Positions 36,345-46,824 of a DNA stretch of 64,000 bases are shown piece after piece. The position numbers and the translations under genes were made by a program. The DNA comes from an uncultured bacterium (GTDB lineage: Bacteria; Patescibacteriota; Gracilibacteria; Absconditabacterales; Absconditicoccaceae): contig CALMTC010000016.1 of the NCBI GenBank assembly GCA_937872535.1, forward strand, positions 41,081-105,080. Reading direction: 5' to 3'. The notes beneath the pieces were generated by a model. It made no database searches. It worked only from the letters and a program-made list of their open reading frames with translations, and had not been told where the DNA came from. The first letter of the stretch is position 1. Every line of letters starts with the position of its first letter.

Positions 36345-37340
36345 ATGGCACTTTTTGGTAAGGCTTCTTGGTATTCTGCTCTTGAACATGTTACTTCTTC
36401 CCAACTTTTTGCTGATGATTTTGTTCCTAAGTGAAATTGTAACTTGGTTGATAATTTTATTCTTGACTATAATATTAACTGTTTTGTGAAGTGAGAAAAT
36501 TCGTACCACTATAAGTTTGGGTTTATTAAAAATCCGCCATCTGTAGTTTATATGATGGGAGAAAAAAATCTCTTGCAGAAATCGTTTTTGGGTGTGGTAG
36601 GGCCCAGATTGATGACTTTGTATGGGAGAAAAATTGTGGAGACTTTTTTTGATAAGGTTCAAGATTTTGATTTAGTGATTGTTTCTGGTGGAGCTGAAGG
36701 AGTTGATATTTTGGCTCACAAATTAGCTATTGCCAAGTGATTACCTACTTTGGTGGTTTTGGGGTGATGATTGGCTTGGTATATGCAAGACCCTTTCTAT
36801 AGAGATTTTTTTGAGGAAGTGTTGGAGGCTGGGGGTGCTGTTTTATCTGAATTTAAACTTTTTCAGGCTCCGACTTCTTATAGTTTCCCTCAGAGAAATA
36901 GGATAATTGCCGGCTTAGCAGACTGTCTTTTTATACCAGAAGCTAAGGAAAAATCTGGTAGTCTGATTACTGCTGATTTTGCTATAGTCATGAATAAACC
37001 TATTTATGTAACTCCTTGAGATTTTTTTTCACAAACGAGTAGAGGAGTACATCGTCTTGTTAGCCAAAAAAATGCTACACTTGTTGACAGTTGATTTAGT
37101 TTTCTTGATACTTTTTTTACTAAGAATATAAAATCCTGAGATGTAAAATGACTTTCTTTTCAGGAACTAGAACCATTTGATAAAAAAATTTTAGATTATC
37201 TTTTGCAATCATGAGGCTGAGGTATTCAAGAATTGGCAGATGCTTGATTTTCTCAGATTGATTGCTATGAAGCTTTGATTCGTCTTGAAATGGCTGGATT
37301 GATTAGATCAGTGGAATTTGGTAAATATGTGGTTTCATAA
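36345..37340 (+). CDS. dprA: DNA processing protein DprA
   Basis: Stitches 36552-36740 and 36771-37019 in frame 0. Motifs: VVGPR, IVSGGAEGVD, FPQRNRIIAGL, SGSLITA. The C-terminus is wHTH-like. Stop is TAA 37338-37340. Confidence 0.85.
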
Positions 37341-37389
37341 TTTTTATACTGATGACTTTTTCTTTTTGTGATCGAGCATATAAAAAAAT

Positions 37390-37413
37390 CTGGCTTTCTT
37401 TTCAGAAAACCAG
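37390..37413. terminator. bidirectional intrinsic terminator (dprA/fusA convergent)
   Basis: The same CTGGCTTTCT-TTTC-AGAAAACCAG hairpin as at 9085-9108, flanked by A- and T-runs. Confidence 0.6.
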
Positions 37414-37470
37414 AATAAAATTTTTGATTGTTTTTTGATATGGAGTTAAGAAATTTAGTTATTGAGATAA

Positions 37471-39582
37471 TTATTCATCGTCAAGTCCTTTTACTTTTCC
37501 TTTTCTTTCTTCGATGATTTTTTGTGCAACACTTTCAGGTACTTTTTCGTAAGATGCGAATTGCATTGTGTAACTTGCTCTTCCTTGCGTAAGAGATCTT
37601 ACTGTAGTTGAGTAACCAAACATTTCAGAGAGTGGAACTTTAGCTAAGATAATCATAGCTTTTCCTCTTTGTTCTTGACCTGAGATCATTCCGCGTCTTG
37701 AACTAAGATCTCCCATTACATCTCCCATATAATCTTCTGGAGTTACCACTTCAACATCCATGATAGGCTCGAGAAGAATTGGGCTAGCTTTCATGAAAGC
37801 ATCTTTGAAGGCTCTGTAAGTTGCTACTTTGAAAGCTACTTCTGATGAATCAACATCATGGTAAGATCCGTCATAAGGAGCTACTCTTACATTAATAATA
37901 GGATATCCTGCTAAAACTCACTGTTTAACAATTTCTTGAGATCCTTTATCAATTGCTGGTATGAATTCTTTTGGAATGATACCTCCTACGACTTCATCTT
38001 TAAATTCATATGTTTTTCCTTCTTCGTTGTTGAGTATTTCGAGTTTCATAAGAACGTGTCCATATTGACCTCTACCTCCAGACTGTCTCACGAACTTTCC
38101 TTCTCCTTTTGCATCTTTAGTAATAGTTTCTCTGTATGAAACTTGAGGTTTACCTGTAGTTACTTCTACTTTATGTTCTCTTTTTAGTCTGTCTACGATA
38201 ATTTCAAGGTGTAGTTCTCCCATACCAGCAATAATTGTTTGACCTGTTTCTTCATCAGTGTAGAATTTGAAAGATGGATCTTCATAAGCTAATTTACCAA
38301 GTCAAAGAGCCATTTTTTCTTGATCTTTTTTTGAAACTGGTTCTACTGCAATTGAGATAACAGGTTCTGGGAATTCCATTCTTTCCAAAATAATTGGATT
38401 TTTCATATCACAAAGAGTATTTCCTGTTCTTGTATCTTTGAGACCCAAGAAAGCACAAATGTGACCTGCATGAATTTCGCTGATTTCTTCTCTTTTGTTG
38501 GCGTGCATCAAAAGTAATCTACCTACTCTTTCTTTTTCTCCTGAAATTGGGTTCAAAAGCTGATCTCCAGATTTGATGATTCCAGAATATACTCTTACGA
38601 ATGTTAAAACTCAAACATATGGATCTGTCATAATTTTAAATGCAAGGGCTGAAACTGGTTCTGAATCTGAAGCTGCTCTTTCAAGTTTTTTTTCTGAATC
38701 ATCAACATCAACTCCTTGTACTGCTCCAATATCAATAGGAGAAGGTAAAAAATCTACTGCTGCATCAAGCATAAGTTGTACTCAAGCATTTCTCAAAGCA
38801 CTACCTACAAGAATAGGATAGAATTGATTTGTAATTGTACCTTGTCTGACTGCTTTTTTTAATAATTCAAGAGGTATTTCTTCACCACCAAGAAATTTTT
38901 CTGCAAGTTCATCGTCAAATACAGAAACAGTGTCGAGAAGAGTTTCTCTCATAGAAGCAGAAATTTCTTTCATTTCTTCAGGAATCTCGTGTTCTACTTG
39001 TTTTTCTCCATTTTCTCCTTCAAATGTGTAGTATTTCATATTAATGAGATTTACTATACCTTTGAATTCTGAAGCTTCTCAGAAAGGCATTTGGATAGGG
39101 CAACCTTTATTTGAAAGTCTTGATTTTATAGTTTCAACACACATTTTGAAATCAGCACCAACTTTATCAATTTTGTTGATAAAACACATTCTTGGTACTA
39201 CATATTTATCAGCTTGTCTCCAAACTGTTTCTGTCTGAGGTTGTACTCCATCTGATGAACTGAAAACTGTTACTGCTCAATCAAGAACTCTTAGAGATCT
39301 TTCTACTTCGATTGTGAAGTCTACGTGACCTGGAGTATCAATGATATTGATGTGATGATCTCTCCAAGAACAAGTAGTGGCTGCAGAAGTAATAGTAATA
39401 CCTCTTTCTTGTTCCTGTTCCATCCAATCCATTGTCGCTTCACCATCGTGAACTTCTCAGATTTTGTGGTTTCTTCCTGTGTAGTATAAAATTCTTTCTG
39501 TAGTTGTTGTCTTACCTGCATCGATGTGAGCGATAATACCAACATTTCTTACCATGTTTAAGGGTTTCAATGCACCTGCCAT
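37471..39582 (-). CDS. fusA: elongation factor G
   Basis: Four track fragments are in one frame, giving 703 aa. Motifs: [29 protein letters not shown] (Gly from TGA), [13 protein letters not shown]. Stop is TAA 37471-37473. Confidence 0.95.
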
Positions 39583-39615
39583 TGTCGTTCAATAAAAAAA
39601 TGTAAAAGTGTTTTT

Positions 39616-39903
39616 TTAGTTACTGTCTGTCAGAGATGATTTTATTACGATTGAGTTATGAATTATTTGGTGCTTTACATTGTTTAGTAAAAGCTCAGAT
39701 TCTCATCGCTTTTCAATCTCTGGGAAGATACATTCTGCTGATGTTTTTCACTCGTTTTTGAGAGCTGGAAGCTCTACGGATTGAAGGGTGGAGATCATTT
39801 CTATAACCTTCTCAAGTTTTTCCATAAATCAGATTTTTTCTTCATTGGTGAGTTTGATAGCACACAATTTTTCTAGTTTTTCGATTTGTTGTGATGAGAT
39901 CAT
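39616..39903 (-). CDS. gatC: Asp/Glu-tRNA amidotransferase subunit C
   Basis: A 95-aa ORF with three in-frame TGA. It has the GatC-like length and pattern: IEKLEKLCAIKLTNEEK...KVIEMISTLQSVEL. Confidence 0.65.
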
Positions 39904-39978
39904 AGACTCAGTTTATTGACTAAACTCTATTAGTATAGCTTTTTACTTTTTGAGTTCAAACGAAAACAAAAGAAAAAA

Positions 39979-40003
39979 CTGGTCCTCTTTTGGAGGAAAC
40001 CAG
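39979..40003 (-). terminator. intrinsic terminator downstream of the NUDIX gene
   Basis: The minus strand reads CTGGTTTCCTC-CAAAA-GAGGACCAG followed by TTTTTT. Confidence 0.6.
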
Positions 40004-40014
40004 AATTAAATTTT

Positions 40015-40512
40015 TTATAAAGATTTTATGAAATTTTCTTTTACAGTGTCTTTTGTCTTCATATTTTTGATGATATTGTAGCTTTCTCTTATGAGTTCTC
40101 TCATGTCTTGATAGTAAAGAAGACTAAGAACTTCAGTGATAGTTGCTCGTTTGTACATTCAAAGATAGCCTTCAGCGTCTTGGATTTTAACTGTTGTCGG
40201 TGAGCCTGTGTATTCTATTAAAAAATAAGTAACATCTTTATTTACCATTCCTTTCTGATTTGTTGGGTTTCTAAGCTCTGTTTTCCCAATTTTTTGTTTG
40301 ATAAACATTTGATTTATAGGTATTCCTGTTTCTTCTGAAACTTCTCTGAGCGCAGCTACTTGACTTTCTTCTCCAGCTTGAATTTTACCTTTTGGAGCTA
40401 CTCGTTCGATTTTTTTGGAAAGTGCGTATCTTTTTATCAAAAGGTATCTCGGTTCATTATCTGATGATATGTAATAGACGATTCCTCACGCACTTTGAAT
40501 GATGTCTGCCAT
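40015..40512 (-). CDS. NUDIX hydrolase
   Basis: ATG 40512. Track ORF 40159-40440 is extended both ways through TGA. The Nudix box is PKGKIQAGEESQVAALREVSEETGI. Stop is TAA 40015-40017. Confidence 0.8.
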
Positions 40513-40538
40513 TTATAGTTCTGTTTTGAAGATAAATT

Positions 40539-41006
40539 TTATTGATCTTGTTGGTCTAGTCGACTAATTATATTTCCAATGAATGTATTTGATTTTTTTG
40601 CTTCATCTATTTCAGAAATTATTTTGGTTTCTGCTATGATTCTCCCCTGAATAGCAGCTTGAGAAATTTCTGACGGAGTAGTAGGAGCTTTATAGGTTAC
40701 TATTTTAGGTGTTTGGTCGATTTTTTCTTTTTCTTGTTGCTTTTTTAGCTTTTCGGTAATTTCATTTTGTTGTTGTAGTTCTATTTCATTTTTTAAATTT
40801 TTTAATTCTGCTTTACTTTCTTGGCTACTATTTTTAATTTCCTGATTCTTTTCTCTTTCAGAGTTTGTGTAATCTGCTATGAATTCATTTTGTGTTTTCT
40901 TGATCTCTTCAGTGGTATGAATAGGAATTTCTTTTTGCTTGATTGTTTCTTTGGTTTGCTTGGGAGATGTAATTTTTTTCTCTATATTTTGTTCGTTCAG
41001 AGACAT
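40539..41006 (-). CDS. hypothetical K/E/Q-rich coiled-coil protein
   Basis: Intact track ORF with a TAA stop and no TGA. No domain recognised. Confidence 0.45.
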   Translation of the reverse strand: MSLNEQNIEKKITSPKQTKETIKQKEIPIHTTEEIKKTQNEFIADYTNSEREKNQEIKNSSQESKAELKNLKNEIELQQQNEITEKLKKQQEKEKIDQTPKIVTYKAPTTPSEISQAAIQGRIIAETKIISEIDEAKKSNTFIGNIISRLDQQDQ

Positions 41007-41036
41007 GTGGTTTCATTTGGAAGTTAAAAATATTTT

Positions 41037-41714
41037 TTAGTGATAGCCAGAGAGAAATTTTTGTAAAATTGCTAGATTTTTTTTGTAATTTACTCTGAGA
41101 GGTCAGATGATGGAGATAATAGCTTCGTAGTTATTGACTGTGATTTTGGTGTAGAGACAGGAAAGTACTTTTTGATCATCTTCTATGAATGTGTAGTAGA
41201 TTTTTTGAGTTTTAACTATTTTCTCATCAAGGATCTGAATTATTTTTTTTTGTTCTATGAATTCGATGAGATGCTTGGTCATTTCGTATTCTTCAGTTGT
41301 CGAATTTTTTAGGATATTGTTGAGACCTAGGAAAAAATATTCATCGTTTCTCAAGAACCCTGTTACTACTCAATCGACTAAATTTCAGAGAGTTTCTACG
41401 ATGAATCTAAGTCCATTTCTACTATAGTCGAGATCGAATTCTATTTCATTGAGTTCATCTTTGGTGGCTTTTTGTTCCATGATCTCGTCTATGTAGTGAG
41501 CGATTCATTGGATGGTTGGTATTCTTCCAGAACTATTGTAAGGTTGGTAAACGAGACCAGATTTTTCTAGATTGTTGAGATATTTTCTGAGAGTAGAAGG
41601 AGCGTAGTCCATCTCTTCGAGTGAATGCAAAAACTTTGATCCAATAGGATCTCCTTTGAAAATATAGTTTTCTATGACAATATTGAGCAGTTTTGAAAGT
41701 TTTTCTTCTTTCAT
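41037..41714 (-). CDS. hrcA: heat-inducible repressor HrcA-like (short form)
   Basis: Stitches 41505-41792 and 41103-41354. The N-terminal wHTH is GDPIGSKFL...STLRKYLNNLEKSGLVYQPYNSSGRIPT. ATG 41714 is preferred over the track's TTG 41792. Stop is TAA 41037-41039. Confidence 0.65.
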
Positions 41715-41917
41715 TGTGAGGAAAAAATTATTTGGCAAAATTATTCGTTTACTGATTTCTCTTGAGAATACTTTTTTCTTTTTGTTTGTCAAGTTCAGGC
41801 TTATTTTTTTGTATCCTATTGGCTTTGGAAGTCAATGTTTTTTTCTATTTACCTGTTGATTGCTCGTATTTTTTTGTTACTCTTTGCTTTGAATGTTTAT
41901 TTTTCTTTTTTCTTTGA

Positions 41918-43930
41918 ATGAGTCGTCAAAAAACTTCCCATCCGATATGAAAGGTTTCACACTATTTTTCTTCTTTTTTCCTTTTTTTGATTTTAATTAC
42001 TGGAAGCGTACTGGCTCAGGAGGTGACAGTAGTAAATTACCAAATACTTCCTTGATGATCTGGAAGTGTTGTAACTGGAGGTTCTCAATCTAGTCAGACA
42101 AATTCTGTGTCGGGAGTGATGTTGAGTTGATATCAAATTAATCCAATTTCTTCGCTTGTTAGCTCGAGCGGAAGTGCCAGCAGCGGGCAAGTTTTTTCTG
42201 GTGTAAGTAATCAGATTATTACTGGTTTACAGATTTCTGGAGCTGTGACTACTGGAGTGATAAACTCGCCTGTCGTGGTAGCAAGCTGAAGTTTTGTCGC
42301 TCCTCAAATTTCTAGTTCTGGTGTTGATACTTTGGTTACTGGGGCTCCGATCTGAGAATCAAAAAGTTTTCTTGAAGATGAAGAGTTTGTAAGTGCTATT
42401 AGCTGGATGCACCGCAACTGACTTACTCAGTATACAAATGTCGAAGACTATAGACCTTTTGAATTGCTCACGAGAGAGCAGTCTGCTAAAATGATAGGTC
42501 AGCTTTTTAAAGCTTTAAAGATTGGTTCTGGAGAAAATAATCTTTGTGAATTTTCTGATTTGGCTGGATCAGATCAATCTCTTGTAGAACATATTTATTT
42601 TGTTTGTAAGATTGGTGTGTTTCGTGGAGCAGAGAATAAATTTTTCCCTTTGCAAACCTTAACAAAAGCTCAAGTTACTGCTGTTTTAGTGAGAATGTTT
42701 GAAGGAAAACTTTCTTCAGAAACTGGTATGCCACGATGGCAACTTTATTTCCAGAAAGCACAACGCATAGGTCTTACTAAAGAAACTAGTCTGTTTACTT
42801 ATGATAAACTGATGACTAGATATGAAATGGCTCTTTTTGTTTATAGATTTAAGAGTATTATTGAAAATCAAGGTTTGAAAAAGAATGCTGATGAAGCTAT
42901 TCAGCAGATAAATTCTATGCAACAGGCTGATTCTCAAGGATCTGATTTACAAAGTGTTTGAACTTATATTTCTCAAAATAACTCATTTTCTACCCTTTTG
43001 AACTGAATAGCATTTTTGGATGAACCTGAATTTTCTGAAGCACTTTTTTGGCTTAAGAAAGAATGATTTACTCAGTTTAGCGAACCTGCTAGTTTTAGAC
43101 CATTTGATGTGCTGACCAGAGAAGAATCTGCTAAATTTGTATGAGATTTTTACCTGAAAAGTTTTCAACAAACTGGCTCTGTTCAGGTACCAGAAGAATG
43201 TTTTTTTAAAGATATAGAAACGGCAAATAGTAATCTTAGAAATCATATTTTGACTGTTTGTAGTGTTGGGATTTTGAAATGAAAAAACTGACTTTTTTCT
43301 CCTACTAAAAGCGTAACAAAAGCTGATTTTATTGCAATGCTGATGAGGATGTTTCAGTGAAAATCTCTTGATGAAACTGTTTCTCCTCGATGGAAAAATT
43401 ATTTTCTGGAGGCTCAAAAAATGGGTATCGTCTCGTCTAGTGATCTGATAACTTTTGAACAACCTATTACAAGATACGAAGTGGCTCTTTTGCTTTATAG
43501 ACTCTATGCCAAGAGTAAACTCTTGAACAATTTGAACTCTTCAAAAATAGAAGGACAACTTATTTCTCTCGTTTCTGGTTCGGTTTCTACTGGTGTGGAT
43601 GGCTTGAGACAGGCTAAAATTTTTATTGATGCAAGTTTGTTGGCTGGGCAAGATAGTGAACTGATGTATATTGACTTTTTCTGACAGACAGTGAAGGTCA
43701 TTAAGCAGTCTATTGAAAAATATGTAAATAATCAGAATTATGCTTGGTTTGGAGAGCTGTATGATATTGCTAATGACCAAAAAATTGGAACTTTGAGTTT
43801 TTTGGTGAGTAATGATGTTGTTTTGGAGGGGACAATGAGATTTACTTCTGTGACTTGATTATTTTATACGATTGCTAAAAATCAGATTGATGAAACTTTT
43901 TATTATCTATTTGAAAAAACTGTTCGCTAA
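41918..43930 (+). CDS. secreted protein with four SLH-like repeats
   Basis: ATG 41918 in frame 2 with a signal-like FLFLILITGSVLA. It includes track ORFs 42464-42961 and 43421-43684. The SLH-like repeat pattern is F.D......I..M...G......F.P...LTREQ/ES.AK. Stop is TAA 43928-43930. Confidence 0.65.
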
Positions 43931-43981
43931 ATGACGATTAGATTTGTTTGACGAGAATACTAGATTTACCACGAAAAAACT

Positions 43982-44935
43982 ATGATGCAAGTAAAAAAAA
44001 TTTCTTTGGAACAAGATGATGGAGCTGTTTTTTCTCCTAGACCTGTTTCTTTTGATGATTTTGTTTGACAAACTGATGTGAAAATTGTTTTGGAATCTGC
44101 TATAAAAAGTGCACTTACCAGAAAAAAAACTTTGTGACATGTTTTGTTGGCAGGACAGAGTTGATTTTGAAAAACTACTTTGGCTCAGATTATAGCTGGG
44201 CAGCTTGCAGCTAGTATTAAAATTATTACAGGTTATGCTCTGAACAAGCCTTCTGATTTGATTTCTGTGCTTAGTAGTTTGGAGTCAGGAGATATACTTT
44301 TTATCGATGAAATTCATAGACTCAAACCTAATATTGAAGAGGTGCTTTATATTGCGATGGAAGATTTTGTGATTGATATGGTGATGCCAGAGTGAGGGAA
44401 TGTCAGAGTACCTTTGCAGCCTTTTAGTTTAGTTTGAGCTACGACGAGACTTGAGAATTTGAGTGAGCCGCTTAAAAATAGATTCGTTTATAAGTTCCAT
44501 TTTATGGACTATAATAACCAAGAAAAAATTTCTATGCTTGAAAGATATCTTTCGCTCTATCATATTGAATATGATCGTGGATTGCTTGATGAAATTGTTC
44601 TTAAGGTTCACAGTGTACCTAGAGAAATTCATAATTTTTGTTTGAAAGTGAGAGATTTTATCATCTCTCAGCAGTGACACCATGATTTTCTTACGCTAGA
44701 TCGTGCTACTTGGGCTAATTTTCTGGAGTGGCTCAAAATTGATGATGGCTGATTGACTCAGATTCATAGAAAATATCTTGAAATACTTTCTCAAAGTCAA
44801 TCTCCAGTAGCACTGAAAACTTTGGCTCTGAGGCTTGGTATGAATGAGCTGTCTGTGGAAGAAGATATAGAGAGTTTACTTCTCAAGCTGGGTAAAATAG
44901 AAAAAACGAGTAGAGGTAGAGTTTTAATAGCATAA
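43982..44935 (+). CDS. ruvB: Holliday junction helicase RuvB
   Basis: Stitches 44180-44395, 44459-44677 and 44753-44935 in frame 2. Walker A is GQSGFGKTTLA, with two Gly from TGA 44162-44164 and 44168-44170. Other motifs: FIDEIHRL, VGATTR. Confidence 0.9.
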
Positions 44936-44950
44936 AAAAATTATAAAAAA

Positions 44951-44971
44951 GCAAGGCTATAAAAACCTTGC
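44951..44971. terminator. hairpin between convergent ruvB and the 44981 gene
   Basis: Stem GCAAGG / CCTTGC with a 9-nt A-rich loop, flanked by A/T runs. Confidence 0.4.
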
Positions 44972-44980
44972 TCTAATTTT

Positions 44981-45454
44981 TTATTGGGAGAGGAGGAAAC
45001 TTATTTCTTCCAAATTTTTCTTGATTTCTTGATTTTTTTTAATTTTTTCTTTTACCAAAGAAATCACTTCTGAAAGAATGTTTTTTTCTTTTGATTCTAG
45101 ATTTGCTTGCTTTATCTGTTCATAGATTTTACAATAGATTATATCACATTGTTTGTGGTATCCGACGAAAAAACCTTCATCTTTTTCTTTGATGATTTTT
45201 TCTATTAGATCTCTTAGAATTTCTTTTTTTTCTAGATTAATATTGGTGATTGTGATAATCATCATAAATCTTTCAAAACAAATAATTGGATCTTTTTTTG
45301 TCCATAATTCTGCTTCTTTTTGAAATTCAGATTTTTCTGATGGATAGATCTCATTGACTGTCATTAGATCTGTTTGTCTATCGATCATTATTAAATCGAG
45401 ATCCATTTCTTTTCCTTTTTTAGCAACTAGTAGCGCTAAGATTTTTTTTAACAT
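44981..45454 (-). CDS. hypothetical protein
   Basis: Intact track ORF with a TAA stop and no TGA. No domain recognised. Confidence 0.45.
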   Translation of the reverse strand: MLKKILALLVAKKGKEMDLDLIMIDRQTDLMTVNEIYPSEKSEFQKEAELWTKKDPIICFERFMMIITITNINLEKKEILRDLIEKIIKEKDEGFFVGYHKQCDIIYCKIYEQIKQANLESKEKNILSEVISLVKEKIKKNQEIKKNLEEISFLLSQ

Positions 45455-45579
45455 TTTTCTTGATTGGTTCTATTGGTCCCCAATAGCTTATATCTATTTA
45501 TTTTTTAAAAGGTTGCAATTTAAAATACTGAAAAAATATTTTTTCAGATTAATAATCTTTGAAATTTTCTGTATGGAAA

Positions 45580-46605
45580 CTAAAAACTTTTTATGAATCT
45601 GAGATCTCCGTTTGTGAAAAGTCTGATGTCTTTGATTCAGTAAGTAATAGCTACTAATCTATTGAGTCAGATTCAAAAAGCGTAACCTGAATATATAGAA
45701 GAATCTACTCCAGCTTGTTCTAGAACATTTGGATGGATCATTCCAGCTCCTAAAATTTCTATTCGACCTGTTTGTTTACAAAGTGGACAACCTTTTTGTT
45801 GGCAGATTGGGCAGCTAGCATCAATTTCAAATCCTGGTTCTACAAATGGGAAAAATGCTGGTCTCATTCTAATTGTGATGTCAGCTTGGAAAATTGCTGA
45901 TAAAACTTTTGGCATAAGATCTTTGAAATGAGCAATACTGATGTCGCGGTCTATGACGACTCATTCTACTTGCCAGAAAACTGTGTCGTGAGAAGCATCA
46001 GTATTTTCATATCTGTATACTTTTCCTGGAACGATAAACTTACAAGGCACTCATTGTTTTTTTATGAGTTCATTTTGCATGGCTGAAGTGTGTGTTCTCA
46101 TAATCCAGTTTTCTCAGTCGTTTGCTTGTTGGTGTAGATAAAAAGTATCGTGCATTTCGGTAGCAGGATGAGTAGCTGGAATATTTACTGAGTAGAAATT
46201 TTCAAATTTACTTACCATGTCGTGACCATACTCTATATGGAAGCCCATTCACTGAAAAATTTCTTCTATTTTTCTTCTGGCTTGGTTGAGTAGAGTGTAG
46301 TGACCTTCAGGTGTTTTGATTCCATCGACTGATGAATCAATTATTTCTTTATTTAAAAGTTCATTTATTTTTTCTGCTTTTAGTTTATTTTTTTTCTCTG
46401 TGAGTAATCACTCTATAAAATTTTTTCGTTCTGAAAGTTCCTGTCCTTTTGCTTTTTTTTCTTCTGGAGAAAGTGCTCAAAGGTTTTTGAATTCTTTGCT
46501 AATTGGTCATTCTTTTCCTAAATATTTATTTTGGATTTGGTCAACTTCATTTTCTGAAGTAGCTGCTAGAATTTCTGCAGATATTTGCTCTTTTGATAGT
46601 CACAT
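45580..46605 (-). CDS. pheS: phenylalanyl-tRNA synthetase alpha subunit
   Basis: ATG 46605 with TGA as codon 2, giving 341 aa. Motifs: HPATEMHDTFY, RTHTSAMQ, FPFVEPGFEID, CKQTG(CGA)IEILGAGMIHPNVL, GYAFGIG. Stop is TAG 45580-45582. Confidence 0.9.
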
Positions 46606-46628
46606 TTTTTTTATAAAACCAGAATAAA

Positions 46629-46676
46629 TCCCGATCGACTCTATTGATGGTCTTATCGGGACCGGAAACTTTTTGG
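46629..46676 (+). promoter_or_regulatory. conserved hairpin element, copy C
   Basis: A 7-bp stem TCCCGAT / ATCGGGA with a TCGAC-containing loop, followed by CCGGAAAC and TTTTTGG. Confidence 0.5.
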
Positions 46677-46824
46677 AAACCGGAATTTTTATTATTTGAT
46701 TTGTTATATATTTTTTGGCTTTGTAGTCCACTTATTTTTTACTATTTCTTCGAGAAAGAAAAAAAATGCTCAGAGAGTGAGAAAAGAGTCAGCGAGATTA
46801 AAAATAGGGAATGTGCTTATTTGA

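Noticed and set aside
43931-43966. ATG overlapping the SLH gene stop (TAAATG) as the ruvB start
   Set aside because: That frame hits TAG after 11 codons. The RuvB frame starts at ATG 43982.
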